From an uncultured Gemmatimonadaceae bacterium (GTDB lineage: Bacteria; Gemmatimonadota; Gemmatimonadetes; Gemmatimonadales; Gemmatimonadaceae), in NCBI GenBank assembly GCA_963829055.1, contig CAWHHI010000005.1, forward strand, positions 256,001 through 320,000: a stretch of 64,000 nt of DNA. The letters are read 5' to 3'. Positions 19,723 through 30,203 of this stretch are shown here, one piece after another. Both the position numbers and the translations under genes were made by a program. Every line of letters starts with the position of its first letter. Position 1 is the first letter of the stretch. Below the pieces are notes generated by a model. It ran no database searches, had not been told where the DNA came from, and saw only the letters and a program-made list of their open reading frames with translations.

Positions 19723-20204
19723 ACACGGACCTGGACGAGCTGTATCGCAAGTACGCCCCGGACGTCTTCCGCTTCGCGCTCTACCTCTCGGGAGAGCGGA
19801 GCGATGCCGAAGACATCACGTCGGAGACGTTCGTCCGTGTCTGGACGTCGGACACGCCGATCGAGCTCGCCACGGTGCGCGGCTATCTCTTCACGATCGC
19901 GCGTAATCTCTTCCTGCAGAGCCGCCGGAACGCCGCTCGCACTGTCGCTCTCGGCGAAAGCCTTCCGGCGACACGCGCGAGCCCGCACGAGGAGACGGAG
20001 CAGCGGGACGAGCTCACGGCCGTGATGGCGTGCCTCCGCACGCTCCCCGAGATCGACCGCGCGGCAGTCGTCATGCGCGCGGAGTACGACATGCCTTACG
20101 AGGAGATCGCCGCTGCCCTCGGCATCTCCGTATCGGCGGCGAAGGTAAAGGTGCATCGGGCGCGGCTCGCGCTCGCTGGCTTTCGCACAGGAGTCTCCCA
20201 ATGA
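19719..20204 (+). CDS. ECF RNA polymerase sigma factor
   Basis: TTG start overlaps the CPBP stop; LYRKYAPDVFRFA, DAEDITSETF, GYLFTIARN, YEEIAAALGISVSAAKVKVHRAR. Confidence 0.9.
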   Translation: MNTDLDELYRKYAPDVFRFALYLSGERSDAEDITSETFVRVWTSDTPIELATVRGYLFTIARNLFLQSRRNAARTVALGESLPATRASPHEETEQRDELTAVMACLRTLPEIDRAAVVMRAEYDMPYEEIAAALGISVSAAKVKVHRARLALAGFRTGVSQ

Positions 20205-20647
20205 CCGAGCAATCGATGCGAGTGTCGCGGGATGTCATCGTCGACCTGCTTCCCCTCTACCTCTCGGGCGAGGCGAGCGGCGACACGCGCTCGCTGGTGG
20301 AACAGTATCTCAGTCGAGACGAGGCCCTGGCGCTGCAGGTGCGGCTGCACCTGACCGACGGCCTCGGCGCCGGCGCAGCGCTGGCGCAGCTCCCACCCGA
20401 GCTCGAGCTGCGTTCGCTCACTCGAACGAGGGCGCTACTGCGCAGGCAGCGGTGGCTCTTCGGTGTCGCGATCGGTCTGTCGCTGCTCACCTTGACGACC
20501 GAGATCTCGTTCGAGGGGAGTCGTGTGACCGGGCTCCGCTTCCTGGTCCGCGACTACCCGCTGGTGTTCGCGCCGATCGCGCTGGCTGCCATCGTGTGCT
20601 GGTTCGCGTATCTGAAGGGGGCGCGGCGGCTGCGGACGCGGTCCTGA
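20201..20647 (+). CDS. Membrane anti-sigma factor (zf-HC2-like N-terminus, 2 TM)
   Basis: ATGA overlap with the sigma gene; RDVIVDLLPLYLSGEASGDTRSLVEQYL followed by two TM helices. Confidence 0.75.
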   Translation: MTEQSMRVSRDVIVDLLPLYLSGEASGDTRSLVEQYLSRDEALALQVRLHLTDGLGAGAALAQLPPELELRSLTRTRALLRRQRWLFGVAIGLSLLTLTTEISFEGSRVTGLRFLVRDYPLVFAPIALAAIVCWFAYLKGARRLRTRS

Positions 20648-21226
20648 GCGTCTGCTCGATCCGAGATGGGTGAGACGGGTGCGACGTTGGCTGCGCTGAA
20701 CAGGAAGCTCGAGCCGCCGCTCAACAGTCCGAAGAGAGCAAGCGCCGCCAGCGCCAGCAAGATCACGATAAGGAGAACGAGCCGGCGCGCGCACCCGACC
20801 GCCGTCGCCAGCCTAACGCTATCCGGCGAGAATGGCGGCTCGATCGACCAGCCGCCACGCGGCTCGATCGGGACGGTCTCGATCTCGCGGATCTCGCCCC
20901 TGCCTCGCACAGGCTCTGGATCGTGCCACACGTCGACGGGGACGGGTTCCGGCTCTGCGCGCGGGATGGGACGTGAGCGAGGCCGGACCGGCGGCTCCAC
21001 GCGTGCGCGAGGAGGAGGCGGCGGCGGGCGGCGGGTTTCGCGTGCGACGCCGTAGCGGGCGCCGCACGTGGAGCACACCGGCCCGTCCAGCCAGAGCCCC
21101 GGCGACGTGGTTCGTGCAGAAGTAGCGTGCGTCGGCCTCGTGGCATGCCTCGCACTCGCCTAACGCGCCCTGCGTCGTGCCACAATTCGGGCAGCGGATG
21201 ATGACATCACTCACGACGTCGCTCAC
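20554..21226 (-). CDS. Zinc-ribbon protein with Pro-rich linker and C-terminal TM helix, frameshifted near 21100
   Basis: CPNCG..CEAC..CTNH..CSTCG pairs, PPPPPP linker, LVLLIVILLALAALALFGLL; GTG start overlaps the phosphatase stop. Confidence 0.68.
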
Positions 21227-22501
21227 ACTGGTGCTCCGTCGGTGTCCGCTTCACGGCCATCGGGCTCGCCGTCGTCCGAATAGACGTCGCGTACCAGCGC
21301 AGCCGGCACGTGCAGTCGGTGCACCTGTGGCAGCGTACCCGGCACCCACCGCGCGATCGTCGGTACGCGCTCGAACGCCCCGAACGCCTCACGTGGCAGG
21401 CGTCGGGAGAGCGCCACGGTCGTGAGGACCGGGTGAGCCGCGTAGGCCGGGTAGATCTCGTAGCGCTCGTCGACGTGGTCGTGCCCGCGCACCATGTGCG
21501 TCACTGGTCGGCCGAGCTCCGCGCTGAGGTCGCAGAAGGCGGCGAAGTCCTCGTGCCCGAACTCGCTGCCGCGCGACGTGCGGTTCGGCATCTTCTTGCG
21601 CGCCCGCGGATGCGCGCGCGTCCACGTGAAGTCGGTGAGGCAGCGGGGGTCGTTCCAGTCGCCCGTCGCTCGCAGATCGGCGTGCAGGTCGACGAGTGGG
21701 AAGCCGCCGTGGGTGACGAGCAGACCGTCCGGGAAGAAGAGCGCCCGCGGCGCCGACGCGAACAGGCGCACCGCGAGCTTGCCGGTCCGGGTGATCCACT
21801 CGTGGGCGAGGTGTGCGTTCAGAAAGTCGGTGAAGTCGGACGGGCTCACGGTCGCCGTGAAGTGCGCGCCGGTGTAGTGCAGCGCCTCGTCGTGGTTCCC
21901 GGCAACGAGGCAGACGGACCCTGGCGCTTCCACGATCAGCTCGAAGACGCGCAGCAGCACTTCCAGCCCGTAGCCTTCGTCATCGAAGAGGTCGCCGAGG
22001 AACACGACGCGCGGCGCGCCGTCTTCGGTGGGCGCGTCTCGGCGGATGAGTGCGAGCGCCGCCTCGAGGGCGAGGAGGTCGCCGTGCAGGTCACCGATGA
22101 ACCAGAGTGGCGCGTTAGGCTCGAGATCGACGACGCGGATCGCGCGATCGTTCGCGTTGGCGCGGTCCGCGTCGAAGAGCAACCCGGGTCCGCCCTCGTG
22201 GTCGAGCAGCGCCTCGAGTTGTTCCACCGTGGTGCGCATGCGCGCGCGAATCCCGGCGGGGTCTACGGCGTCCCGCACGGCGGACCAGTCGAGATCCTCG
22301 ACGTCGAGCGACTGGCGGGACGGGTGGGACGGCGGGCGCGTCGGGCGGAGTAGCGTCGGTGGTTGCATCGGCGACTGCATCCGATGCCGGCACGTTAGGC
22401 GCCGGGGCGGCGGTCGTGGTGGCGTCCGGCTCGCTGGCGTCCGGTATGACGTCGCTCTGCGACGCACCCGGCGGTGTGCCGCCGTTGGGCTCAGACTGCA
22501 T
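21223..22501 (-). CDS. Calcineurin-like (PPP-type) metallophosphoesterase / Ser-Thr phosphatase, frameshifted near 22370
   Basis: GDLHGD, GDLFD, GNHD, THGG and RGHDH motifs; low-complexity acidic/Pro N-terminus in ORF 22115..22501. Confidence 0.85.
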
Positions 22502-22529
22502 CAGACTGCATCAGACGGATCAGACTGCA
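22491..22529. repeat. Short tandem repeat at the kinase/phosphatase junction
   Basis: TCAGACTGCA x2, TCAGACGGA, TCAGACTGCA. Confidence 0.85.
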
Positions 22530-23916
22530 CGAACCGTGAGCGGCAACTTGACGATCCCCGCCGCCTTCCGACCGACCGCGATCACGTCGCCGTCGTGGAG
22601 CGGCTGCGGCGCAGCGAGCACGTCGCCGTTCAACAGCGTTTCGTTCGCCGTGCCGGGCGCGGGGGCAACTTGCCAGCGTCTGTCGGGTCGGCGCTCGAGC
22701 ACGCACTGTCGCACGTCCCAGAACTGGGCGTCGCTCCCGAACTGCTGAGCGAGGTGCTTCCCGACCTCCGTCCGCACGCCGATCTCGAGCGCGCGGCCGC
22801 CGTTCCCCACGAGCTGAACGCGATCCGCGATGAGCGGCGCACCTCGCCTGACTCCGGGCTGCCGGCGCTGCCGGTCAGCCGGTTTCGCGGCCGGAGCAGG
22901 TTTGGGCGCCGCGGTCGCCGATGCGCTCGCGGCAGCGCTCGCGCTAGTGCGCGCGGCGCCTGTTGTCGCGGCGGCAGTGCTGCGCACCTCCGAGCGAGGC
23001 CCGCGGCCACTCAGCACCGCCCGCAGCTCGGCCGCCGTCGGGCGGTCTGCCGCGTTAGGCGCGAGGCAGCGGTGCAGCGCGGCGCTCACCTCGGCGTTGG
23101 TCGCGGGCGCCGGCATCGTCCCGGCGAGCACGGGCGGCTTGGCGGAGTACGCGCGCACGAGACTCGCGTACTCCGCCTGGTCCTCGCGCCAGTACGGATG
23201 CGTCCCGGCGAGCAGCTCGTACAGGATCAGCCCGCACGTGAAGACGTCGGACGCCAGGCCCGGCATCGCGCCGCGCGTGAGGTGTTCTGGCGACCGGTAG
23301 TTGTCCGAACCCACGTACCCCTGGTAGCCGTGCCACGGCGCGCGGTGGTCGGCCAGCACCGAGAAGTCCATGTCGATCAGCTTGAGCTGGTAGCCCGAGC
23401 CGATGGACGGATCACGGATCAGGTAGACGTTAGGCGGCTTGAGGTCGGCGTGGACGATCTTCGACTCGTGCAGCGCCGCGATGCCCGCCATGAACACCTT
23501 GGCCCACGTCACGTGCCGCGCCCACACGGCCGGGTCGCGCAACGGCGACGCGCCCGTGCGCTGGTGCACCTCGCGCTCCGCATCGAGCATCTGCTGCAGG
23601 TCGCTGCCGTGCTCCACGAACTCGTAGGCCTGGAAGTAGCACGGCCCGCCCCACACCTCCTCGAACGCGTCGACCAGTCGGACGGCGTAGTGTGCCGCCT
23701 TGCCGTTCGCGCACCCGGCGCGGCGAGCTCCTGCTGGTAGTCGACGAACGATGGATACCAGATGACCGCCGGCGACGGCGACTTGTACTGCTTGAGGAAG
23801 ATCTTCGTCCCGCCCGGGGCCTCGGCGGCGTACGAGATCGCCATCGCCCCCGGCCCGAAGACCTTCGTGACGCGATACCCGCGGATCGCGTCGCCGACCT
23901 TGAGCTTCTTCGCCAC
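22520..23916 (-). CDS. Ser/Thr protein kinase with C-terminal FHA-like domain, frameshifted near 23720
   Basis: GGGGGAGG RBS; GPGAMA loop, FLKQYK, HADLKPPN, LIDMDFS, YRSPEH, SDVFTCGLILYELL; tail NETLLNG...LHDGDVIAVG resembles FHA. Confidence 0.85.
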
Positions 23917-23931
23917 GCCCGACCTCCCCCG

Positions 23932-24847
23932 TCAGAGCGCGACCGTCTCGGCTGACTTCGACACGCTCGCGGCGAGCTGCTTGAGCGTCGTGCGGAAGTG
24001 TTCCGGATCGGCGGTGAACTTCTGCAGCGCCTCCTGCGGCGAGAGCCCCTCGTACTCGACGACTTCCCACTCCGACTTGTCGATCTGGCTCAGTCGGTCG
24101 TAGCCCTCGAAGTTCGGCGCGAAGAGGCTGAGGATGATGCGGTTCGCCATGACGACGTTCGCCACGTCCTGCAGGCTGCCGCCCTTCGCTTCCGGGATGG
24201 ACATCGTCTCCTTGAAGGAGGCGTCGGTGAAGACGACCACGACGCGCGCCGCGTCGCTGCGGTAGCGCCACTTGTTAGGCTCCTCGCCCTGCGCGCCCTT
24301 GGGAGAGGCCTCCATGGTCGCGACCTTGTAGAGGGCGTCGAGCAGGGACTCGGGCTCGTCGCCGCCTCCCGCCGCGCGCAGGCTGGCGAGCTGCGCCTTG
24401 AGCGCCACGGCGTCGCGCACGAACGGGTTGTCCTCGATCCACGGCAGACCTTCGGCCTCCGCATGCTCGATGTCGCGATACCCGACGACCTTGCCGCGCC
24501 AGTCCTTCACGGGCGCCGCGTTGTTCGCATCACCTCGGCTCAGCGAGTCGATGAACATCTCGATGTTCTTGCGCAGCGCATCGATGATGGGCGTCATGCT
24601 GCCCGATGACGTCGATCAGGAAGACGATGTCGGCGACGCCCTTGGTCTTGGCGCGCGGTGCGACAGGCGGTGCCGCCGCCACGTCCACTGGCCCGTTCGC
24701 GACGTCGGCCGACGGCGTGACCTCGATGTCAGCCGGAGGCGGCGCAGCGGGTGCGGCGCTCCCGGCGGATGCTGACCCCGACGCAGACCCGGACTCGGTC
24801 GGAGGGGATTCGGGCGAGAGGGGCTCGGTGTGCTCGGATGATTCCAT
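23932..24847 (-). CDS. von Willebrand factor A (vWA) domain protein, frameshifted near 24605
   Basis: ADIVFLIDVxGSM (MIDAS, split by the indel), VGYRD, GGGDEPES, WR...VVVVFTDA. Confidence 0.85.
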
Positions 24848-24992
24848 CGCGCGCTCCGCGGTGTTCTGGGTGGTAGGCTCCTTTCACTCTCGTGACGTGG
24901 AGAGGCCCAGACGCACGTTCGTTGCCGCCAGCTCGCGGGACTGCGGTGGTTCGAGCGTCTGGATTTGCGAGCCTGCACCGCAATCAGTGCAA

Positions 24993-25394
24993 TCAGTCCA
25001 GCAGGTCCGCCGGCACCTTGCCGCCGTTCTCCGCCAGCTTCTTCAGCACCTGCTTGTGCAGCCAGATGTTCATGGTGGCGGTGTCGCTCGTGTCGCCGGT
25101 GTACCCGAGCTCGTGTGCGAGCTCACGCCGCTGAGACAGGCTGCTGTCCATCCCGAGGAGCGTCATCAGGTCGACGATCGAGTAACGCCAGTTGACCTTG
25201 TGCGAGTACTTCGAGGCCAGTCCCTCGAGCACGGCCTCCACGTCGACGACGGGCGGCGCGGCGGCAGGGGCCACGGGCGCTGGCGCTGCTGGTTTATTCG
25301 CTGCTGCCGGCGCAGCGGCAGGTGTCGCCGTTGGCGCGGGAGCGTCGTGGCTCCGGCCCATGATCTTGGACATCAGCGTTCCGAAAATGCTCAT
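24993..25394 (-). CDS. DUF3597 domain protein
   Basis: MSIFGTLMSKI, Ala/Pro linker, WRYSIVDLMTLLGMDSSLSQRRELAHELGYTGD...MNIWLHKQVLKKLAENGGKVP. Confidence 0.88.
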   Translation of the reverse strand: MSIFGTLMSKIMGRSHDAPAPTATPAAAPAAANKPAAPAPVAPAAAPPVVDVEAVLEGLASKYSHKVNWRYSIVDLMTLLGMDSSLSQRRELAHELGYTGDTSDTATMNIWLHKQVLKKLAENGGKVPADLLD

Positions 25395-25569
25395 ACTGCG
25401 CCTCGTGGTATGGAGTGCGTCGGGTTTGCCTGTGGCAACGTCGTGCGCGAACGGAGCGGACCCTGCTGAGACATCCTTGGGGGCCTAACGACGTTGCACG
25501 AAGGGGGCCATCCGACCACTCGGCCGCAACGGGCATCGAGGCGATGCAGGCACAACAGCAACTGCGCGT

Positions 25570-26841
25570 TCAGGGATAGAGCAGGTAGGGTTTCCGGCTC
25601 TCGCGGAACTCCGCGGCTTCGCGGTCCCACTCGTCCAGGAGGGCCGGCAGCGTGCCGCCTTCGATGGCGAGTCTCACCTTGTCGGAACCCGTTAGGCGGT
25701 CGATCGTCGTGGTCCACGCGAAGTCGCGCGGGTGCTGCTTCCGGATCTCGTCGATCAGGATCAGCGACGTGCGCACCGGCCGGTACGCCTCCTGGTCGGT
25801 GATCACGAAGTGGATGCCGGGGATCGTCTGGCCTTTGAACTTCGCTGCCGTCGGCGCCACCGCCATCGTGATCGCTTCGAAGCGGATGCCGGGGAGCCGC
25901 TTCTCGTTCATCGTCTTCGCGACTTCCGGCGCGTTGAGCCACGACGCCCCGATCTGCTCGAACGGGCGGTCCGTGCCTCTGCCCTCCGTGAGGGTGGTGC
26001 CTTCGAAGTAGACGGTCCCGGGATAACTCGTTAGGGCAGCCAGGGAGCGGAGATTCGGAGACGGGTTCACCCACGGCAGCCCCGTCTGATTGAGCCACTG
26101 CGAGCGCCGCCAGTTCGCCGCGCGGATCACGGTGAGGTCCGCGCCGATGCCGTACTTCTGATTGAACAGCGTGGCGAGCTCGCCCACCGTCATCCCGTGA
26201 CGCGCCGGGATCGGGTACATGCCGACGAACGACTTGAACTTCGGGTCGAGCAGCGCGCCCTCGACGATCTCTCCACCGATCGGATTCGGTCGGTCGAGCA
26301 CGACGAACGGAATCTTCTGTTTCGCGGCGGCCTGCATCGCCAGCGCCATCGTGGAGACGTAGGTCCACGTGCGTCCCCCGACCTCCTGGAGATCGTAGAT
26401 GATCGCGTCCACGTCCTTGAGCATCTCGGGCGTGGGACCGTGATCCTCCGATTTGTAGAGGGAGTAGACCGGGACGCCCGTCTTGGGATCCTTCTCATCT
26501 CCGATGGTCTCCCCGGCGGGCGCGTCGCCGCGGATGCCATGCTCCGCGGCCAGAAGGGCGACGAGCTTGAGGTCTTTGCGCTGCGCGATGAGATCGATAT
26601 CCAGCGTCTTCGACCGGTCGATCCCGCTGTTGTTCGTGATGAGGGCAACGCGCTTTCCGCGCAGCGCCGCAGGGATATCGGCGAGGAAGACCTCGATGCC
26701 GGGTCGCACGACCGCGCCTGCGTCTGGTGATGACGCGCGTGCGACCGACGCCGAGTCCGCGGCGGGGGCCGGCGTGCGCGCGCAGGAGGCGAGCAGCAAC
26801 AAGGCAGGAACAAGGGCGGCAGCAACGGGCGCTTTCATCAT
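25570..26841 (-). CDS. namZ: Exo-beta-N-acetylmuramidase NamZ (DUF1343/YbbC) lipoprotein
   Basis: GKRVALITNNSG, AEHGIRG, DLQEVGGRTWTY, VLDRPNPIGG, RHGMTVGELA, PSPNL, EGRGTDRPFE. Confidence 0.88.
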   Translation of the reverse strand: MMKAPVAAALVPALLLLASCARTPAPAADSASVARASSPDAGAVVRPGIEVFLADIPAALRGKRVALITNNSGIDRSKTLDIDLIAQRKDLKLVALLAAEHGIRGDAPAGETIGDEKDPKTGVPVYSLYKSEDHGPTPEMLKDVDAIIYDLQEVGGRTWTYVSTMALAMQAAAKQKIPFVVLDRPNPIGGEIVEGALLDPKFKSFVGMYPIPARHGMTVGELATLFNQKYGIGADLTVIRAANWRRSQWLNQTGLPWVNPSPNLRSLAALTSYPGTVYFEGTTLTEGRGTDRPFEQIGASWLNAPEVAKTMNEKRLPGIRFEAITMAVAPTAAKFKGQTIPGIHFVITDQEAYRPVRTSLILIDEIRKQHPRDFAWTTTIDRLTGSDKVRLAIEGGTLPALLDEWDREAAEFRESRKPYLLYP

Positions 26842-28235
26842 CTCTCTCGTGGTGATGAGGACAAGGGTGGGTACCACACAACGCTACCACCACGCATCAC
26901 GAACCGCACGCGCTCGATCGCCGCGAGATCAGCGAGCGGGTCGCCGTCGACGGCTACGAGGTCTGCATACGCCCCTGCTTTCACGACGCCGAGACGCGAG
27001 TCTCCGATGAGCCGGGCGGCATTGATCGTGGTACTCTGCAGCACGGCGGCCGGCTGAAGCCCACCCTTCGCATACGCGAACAGCATGTGCTTCGCGGCCG
27101 TGCCGCGAGGACCACCGACGTCGATGTACAGGTCCGAGCCGGCCGCGAGCGTCACGCCTGCGCGGGACGCCGCGCGGACCCGGTTGTACCCGGGGGCGAG
27201 GAGCGCTTCGATGTTGGCGTCCGATGGCCGCTCGGCCGCCGGCACGTGGGCGAGCTGGCGGTCCACAAGCCACCGGTCCCACTCGGTAGGAACGAGGATG
27301 ACGCCACGTCGTCGCATCAGCTCGAACGTGCTGTCTGCCGCACCCCGTCCATGCTCGATGGCATCGACCCCGGCCTCGACTGCACGGCGGATGGCGAGAT
27401 CGGTCGTGGCGTGCGCCGTCACGCGCACGCCCATGAGATGCGCTTCGTCAACGGCAGCACGCATCTCGGCGACGCTCAGATATGTCGCGTTAGGTGATCC
27501 GTTGGAGTAGAGCTTGATGACGTCAGCGCCGTGGATGACGTTCTCCCGTACCGCCTGTCGCGCGTCGTCGGGGCCGCGCACTACGCGGTACTCGTCGTCC
27601 ACCAGGGTGCGGTACCGCGCGTCGATCCCCTCCATCTGCCCGCCCTCTGGTGCGAGGCCCGGCCCGGAGACGTAGAGCCGAGGTCCCGGCAGGCTCCCCT
27701 CGTCGATCGCTCGTTTCAGCGCCACATCCGCGAACCGGCCGCTGTTGCCCAGGTCGCGCAGCGCGGTAAACCCGGCCTCGAGATAGCTGCGGGCGCGCGC
27801 CGCGCCGCGGAGCGCGCGGAGCACGTCGCCCTCGCGCACGAGCTCGCGCACCGCGGTCTGGCCTGACGTCTCGTTGCCGGGGTGCTCCATGAGGAGGTGG
27901 GTGTGCGCGTCGATGAACCCCGGCAGTACCGAGTACCGCGTGAGGTCGATGACGCGCGCGCCGGCGGGGACCGCCAGGTGCTCGCCGACGGCGGCAATCA
28001 GCCCGCCGCGCACCAGGATATCGCGAGCCGGGAGCAACACGCCGCGCTCGCTGTCGAAGAGACGCCCGGCGCGGATGACGACCGTGGAATCGGATGCCTG
28101 AGTGGCGGAGGCACGCGGAGCCTGCGCCGTGACCGGCGAAATCGCCGCGCACGCGAGGGCGAGTACGCCAGCGCGGCGCAATCGCCTGCAGGCCATCGCG
28201 CCGATCACGAAAACGCCTGCCAGGCTCAGTCGCAT
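26838..28235 (-). CDS. Amidohydrolase family protein (Xaa-Pro dipeptidase-like), exported
   Basis: PGFIDAHTH, GADVIK, VTAHA, IEHG, AGSD, ADLVAVDGDPLADL; start uncertain. Confidence 0.88.
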   Translation of the reverse strand: MRLSLAGVFVIGAMACRRLRRAGVLALACAAISPVTAQAPRASATQASDSTVVIRAGRLFDSERGVLLPARDILVRGGLIAAVGEHLAVPAGARVIDLTRYSVLPGFIDAHTHLLMEHPGNETSGQTAVRELVREGDVLRALRGAARARSYLEAGFTALRDLGNSGRFADVALKRAIDEGSLPGPRLYVSGPGLAPEGGQMEGIDARYRTLVDDEYRVVRGPDDARQAVRENVIHGADVIKLYSNGSPNATYLSVAEMRAAVDEAHLMGVRVTAHATTDLAIRRAVEAGVDAIEHGRGAADSTFELMRRRGVILVPTEWDRWLVDRQLAHVPAAERPSDANIEALLAPGYNRVRAASRAGVTLAAGSDLYIDVGGPRGTAAKHMLFAYAKGGLQPAAVLQSTTINAARLIGDSRLGVVKAGAYADLVAVDGDPLADLAAIERVRFVMRGGSVVWYPPLSSSPRER

Positions 28236-28372
28236 GTTGTGAGCATCCGGTTGGTCGGACCACCCTCGCGGGCCACTACGTTGATACATATGTTCGTCCC
28301 GCGCAGCGGATATCGATCGCGGTGCGGCGATCGGTGGAGATGGTGGCGCTGCGAGCTCTGGGACCCAGGGCA

Positions 28373-29131
28373 ATGGATCCTAGCGCGCTATACCTCGAGC
28401 ATCTCGATCGGATCAACCGTATCGCGGAAGCACTCTGCACACGCCACGGAGTCCGTGGCGCTGATGCCGAGGATTTCACGTCCGAGGTCCGCCTGCGTTT
28501 GCTGCAGGACGACTACGCGGTCCTTCGAAAGTATCGCGGCGCCAGTTCGATGCCCACGTTTCTGACAGTGGTCATCGGAAACCTGTTCCGCGATTACCGC
28601 ATCAAGCGCTGGGGCAAATGGCGCCCGTCGGCCGAGGCGAAACGGCGTGGCGAGGCGGCGGTTCTCCTGGAGACGGCCGTCTATCGCGACGGCCGTTCGT
28701 TCGACGACGCGTGCCGCCTGCTTCAGGGCAACGGACGGGTCGACGTGGACGCCGGAGAGCTGCGTCGAATCATGGCCGAGCTGCCACGTCGCATCCGGGT
28801 TCGCCAGGACGATGACGCCAGCCTGGACTCCGTCGCCACCACCGAGGAGACCGATGACCTCGTGCTCGAGAACGAGCGCCGGGACCGGTTGCTCGCGGCC
28901 GAGAGTGCACTGAGGCGCGCGCTCACGCGTCTCGATCCCGAGGACCGGCTCATCATCACGATGCACTTCTTCGAAGGAATCTCCATCGCCGACATTGCCC
29001 GTGCGCTCGGGCTGCCGGCGAAGCCCTTGTATCCGCGGATCAAGCGACTGCTCGATGCACTGTCCGGCCAGCTCGTGAGTGAAGGAATAGGGCCTGACTA
29101 CCTCCAAGCCGTGAGAGGGGCACTCGTGTGA
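28373..29131 (+). CDS. ECF-type sigma factor (long, about 250 aa, CHAT-locus type)
   Basis: DAEDFTSEVRLRLLQDDYAVLRKYRG..TFLTVVIGNLFRDYRIKRWGKWRPSAEAKRRG; region 4 LDPEDRLIITMHFFEGISIADIARALG. Confidence 0.85.
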   Translation: MDPSALYLEHLDRINRIAEALCTRHGVRGADAEDFTSEVRLRLLQDDYAVLRKYRGASSMPTFLTVVIGNLFRDYRIKRWGKWRPSAEAKRRGEAAVLLETAVYRDGRSFDDACRLLQGNGRVDVDAGELRRIMAELPRRIRVRQDDDASLDSVATTEETDDLVLENERRDRLLAAESALRRALTRLDPEDRLIITMHFFEGISIADIARALGLPAKPLYPRIKRLLDALSGQLVSEGIGPDYLQAVRGALV

Positions 29132-29135
29132 CGAC

Positions 29136-29160
29136 GGAAATGTTCACTCGCGTCCGTCAC
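29136..29160 (+). promoter_or_regulatory. Putative ECF promoter, copy 1
   Basis: GGAAA-N10-CGTCCGTCAC upstream of the anti-sigma-like gene. Confidence 0.65.
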
Positions 29161-29240
29161 TTACTTGTGGGTGCGTCTCACGTCTGTCTCGGGCAGTGCC
29201 CGCGTACGGCGGCGGCAGGCTGAAACACGTCAGGGAGCCA

Positions 29241-30167
29241 ATGCAATCGTCCGAAAACGATATCGATCTCGAGCTGATCGCGGCGCTCATTGACGGCCGT
29301 CTCGCAGGGGCGGAACGCCAGCGTGCGATCGAGCTGGTGAGCTCCTCCGAGGCCGCGCTCGAGATCTATACCGATGCGTTGCGCGTTCAGGCGGACCTTG
29401 CCCCGGAGAAAGTCGTCGCCCTCGTCCCTCGTCGTGAGGCCGGGACTCGCCGGTGGCTCGCAATCGCTCCGTTGGCCGCCGCGGCCGTATTGTTGATCGC
29501 GATCGTTCCGACAGTGAAGGCGCGCCGTGATCAGGCACTATTCTCTTCGACGGCGATGTCGATCGCGCAGCCAGTCATGGGGCGCGCGCAAGTGCCGGGA
29601 GCACTAGGTGCTGGCTGGGAAGAGCGGAACTGGTCGGTGACACGCGGCGCCGCCTCACGCCTGGTCGAGTCCACCGTCGCCTTCCGACTCGGCGTGCGCG
29701 TGGTCGACTTGCAGGTTGCACTGGTGAGAGCGGATACGGTTCCCGCGGTTCGCGTGACAGATGAAATCGTCGAGTCGCTGAAGATGGAGCCGCTTTCCGA
29801 GTCGGTGATGGCGGACTATTCCGCGCTTCGCACGCGGATCACGAGCACTGCGCCGCGAGAGCAGGTCGTCGCAAGTGCGTCCCGATCCGAGGAGGCGATG
29901 GATGCGTTCCTCGGCTCTCGCTGGTTCGACTTCGGGAAGTGGTTCGCCGCCGGGGAGCTCGCGGCTCGCACGCACTCTCCGGATTTCTTTGCGTCGAACA
30001 GAACGACACGATTTCTCGACTGGGCGATCGAGCGCGGAGAGCTCGCGCCGAGTGACGTCGCGTCGCTGCGCCAGATCAGGGGCCTCGCGGCGCAGGGCGT
30101 CTCTGACGGGGACTATGACACGATACAGCAGCTCTTCCTGACGCTCATTCAGCGTCACGGCGGGTAG
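29241..30167 (+). CDS. Putative membrane-anchored anti-sigma factor (Cys-less zf-HC2-like N-terminus, one TM, extracytoplasmic domain)
   Basis: DLELIAALIDGRLAGAERQRAIELVSSSEAALEIY resembles the ZAS helix pair; TM WLAIAPLAAAAVLLIAIVP; directly follows the ECF sigma gene. Confidence 0.65.
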   Translation: MQSSENDIDLELIAALIDGRLAGAERQRAIELVSSSEAALEIYTDALRVQADLAPEKVVALVPRREAGTRRWLAIAPLAAAAVLLIAIVPTVKARRDQALFSSTAMSIAQPVMGRAQVPGALGAGWEERNWSVTRGAASRLVESTVAFRLGVRVVDLQVALVRADTVPAVRVTDEIVESLKMEPLSESVMADYSALRTRITSTAPREQVVASASRSEEAMDAFLGSRWFDFGKWFAAGELAARTHSPDFFASNRTTRFLDWAIERGELAPSDVASLRQIRGLAAQGVSDGDYDTIQQLFLTLIQRHGG

Positions 30168-30203
30168 GCAATTCGACTGCTGTAACCCACGCATGGAGGG
30201 TCC

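Noticed and set aside
22491..22529. Possible CRISPR array or CRISPR link for the CHAT protease
   Set aside because: Repeats are 9-10 bp with no spacers; no cas genes or 25-40-bp spaced repeats were seen in the window.
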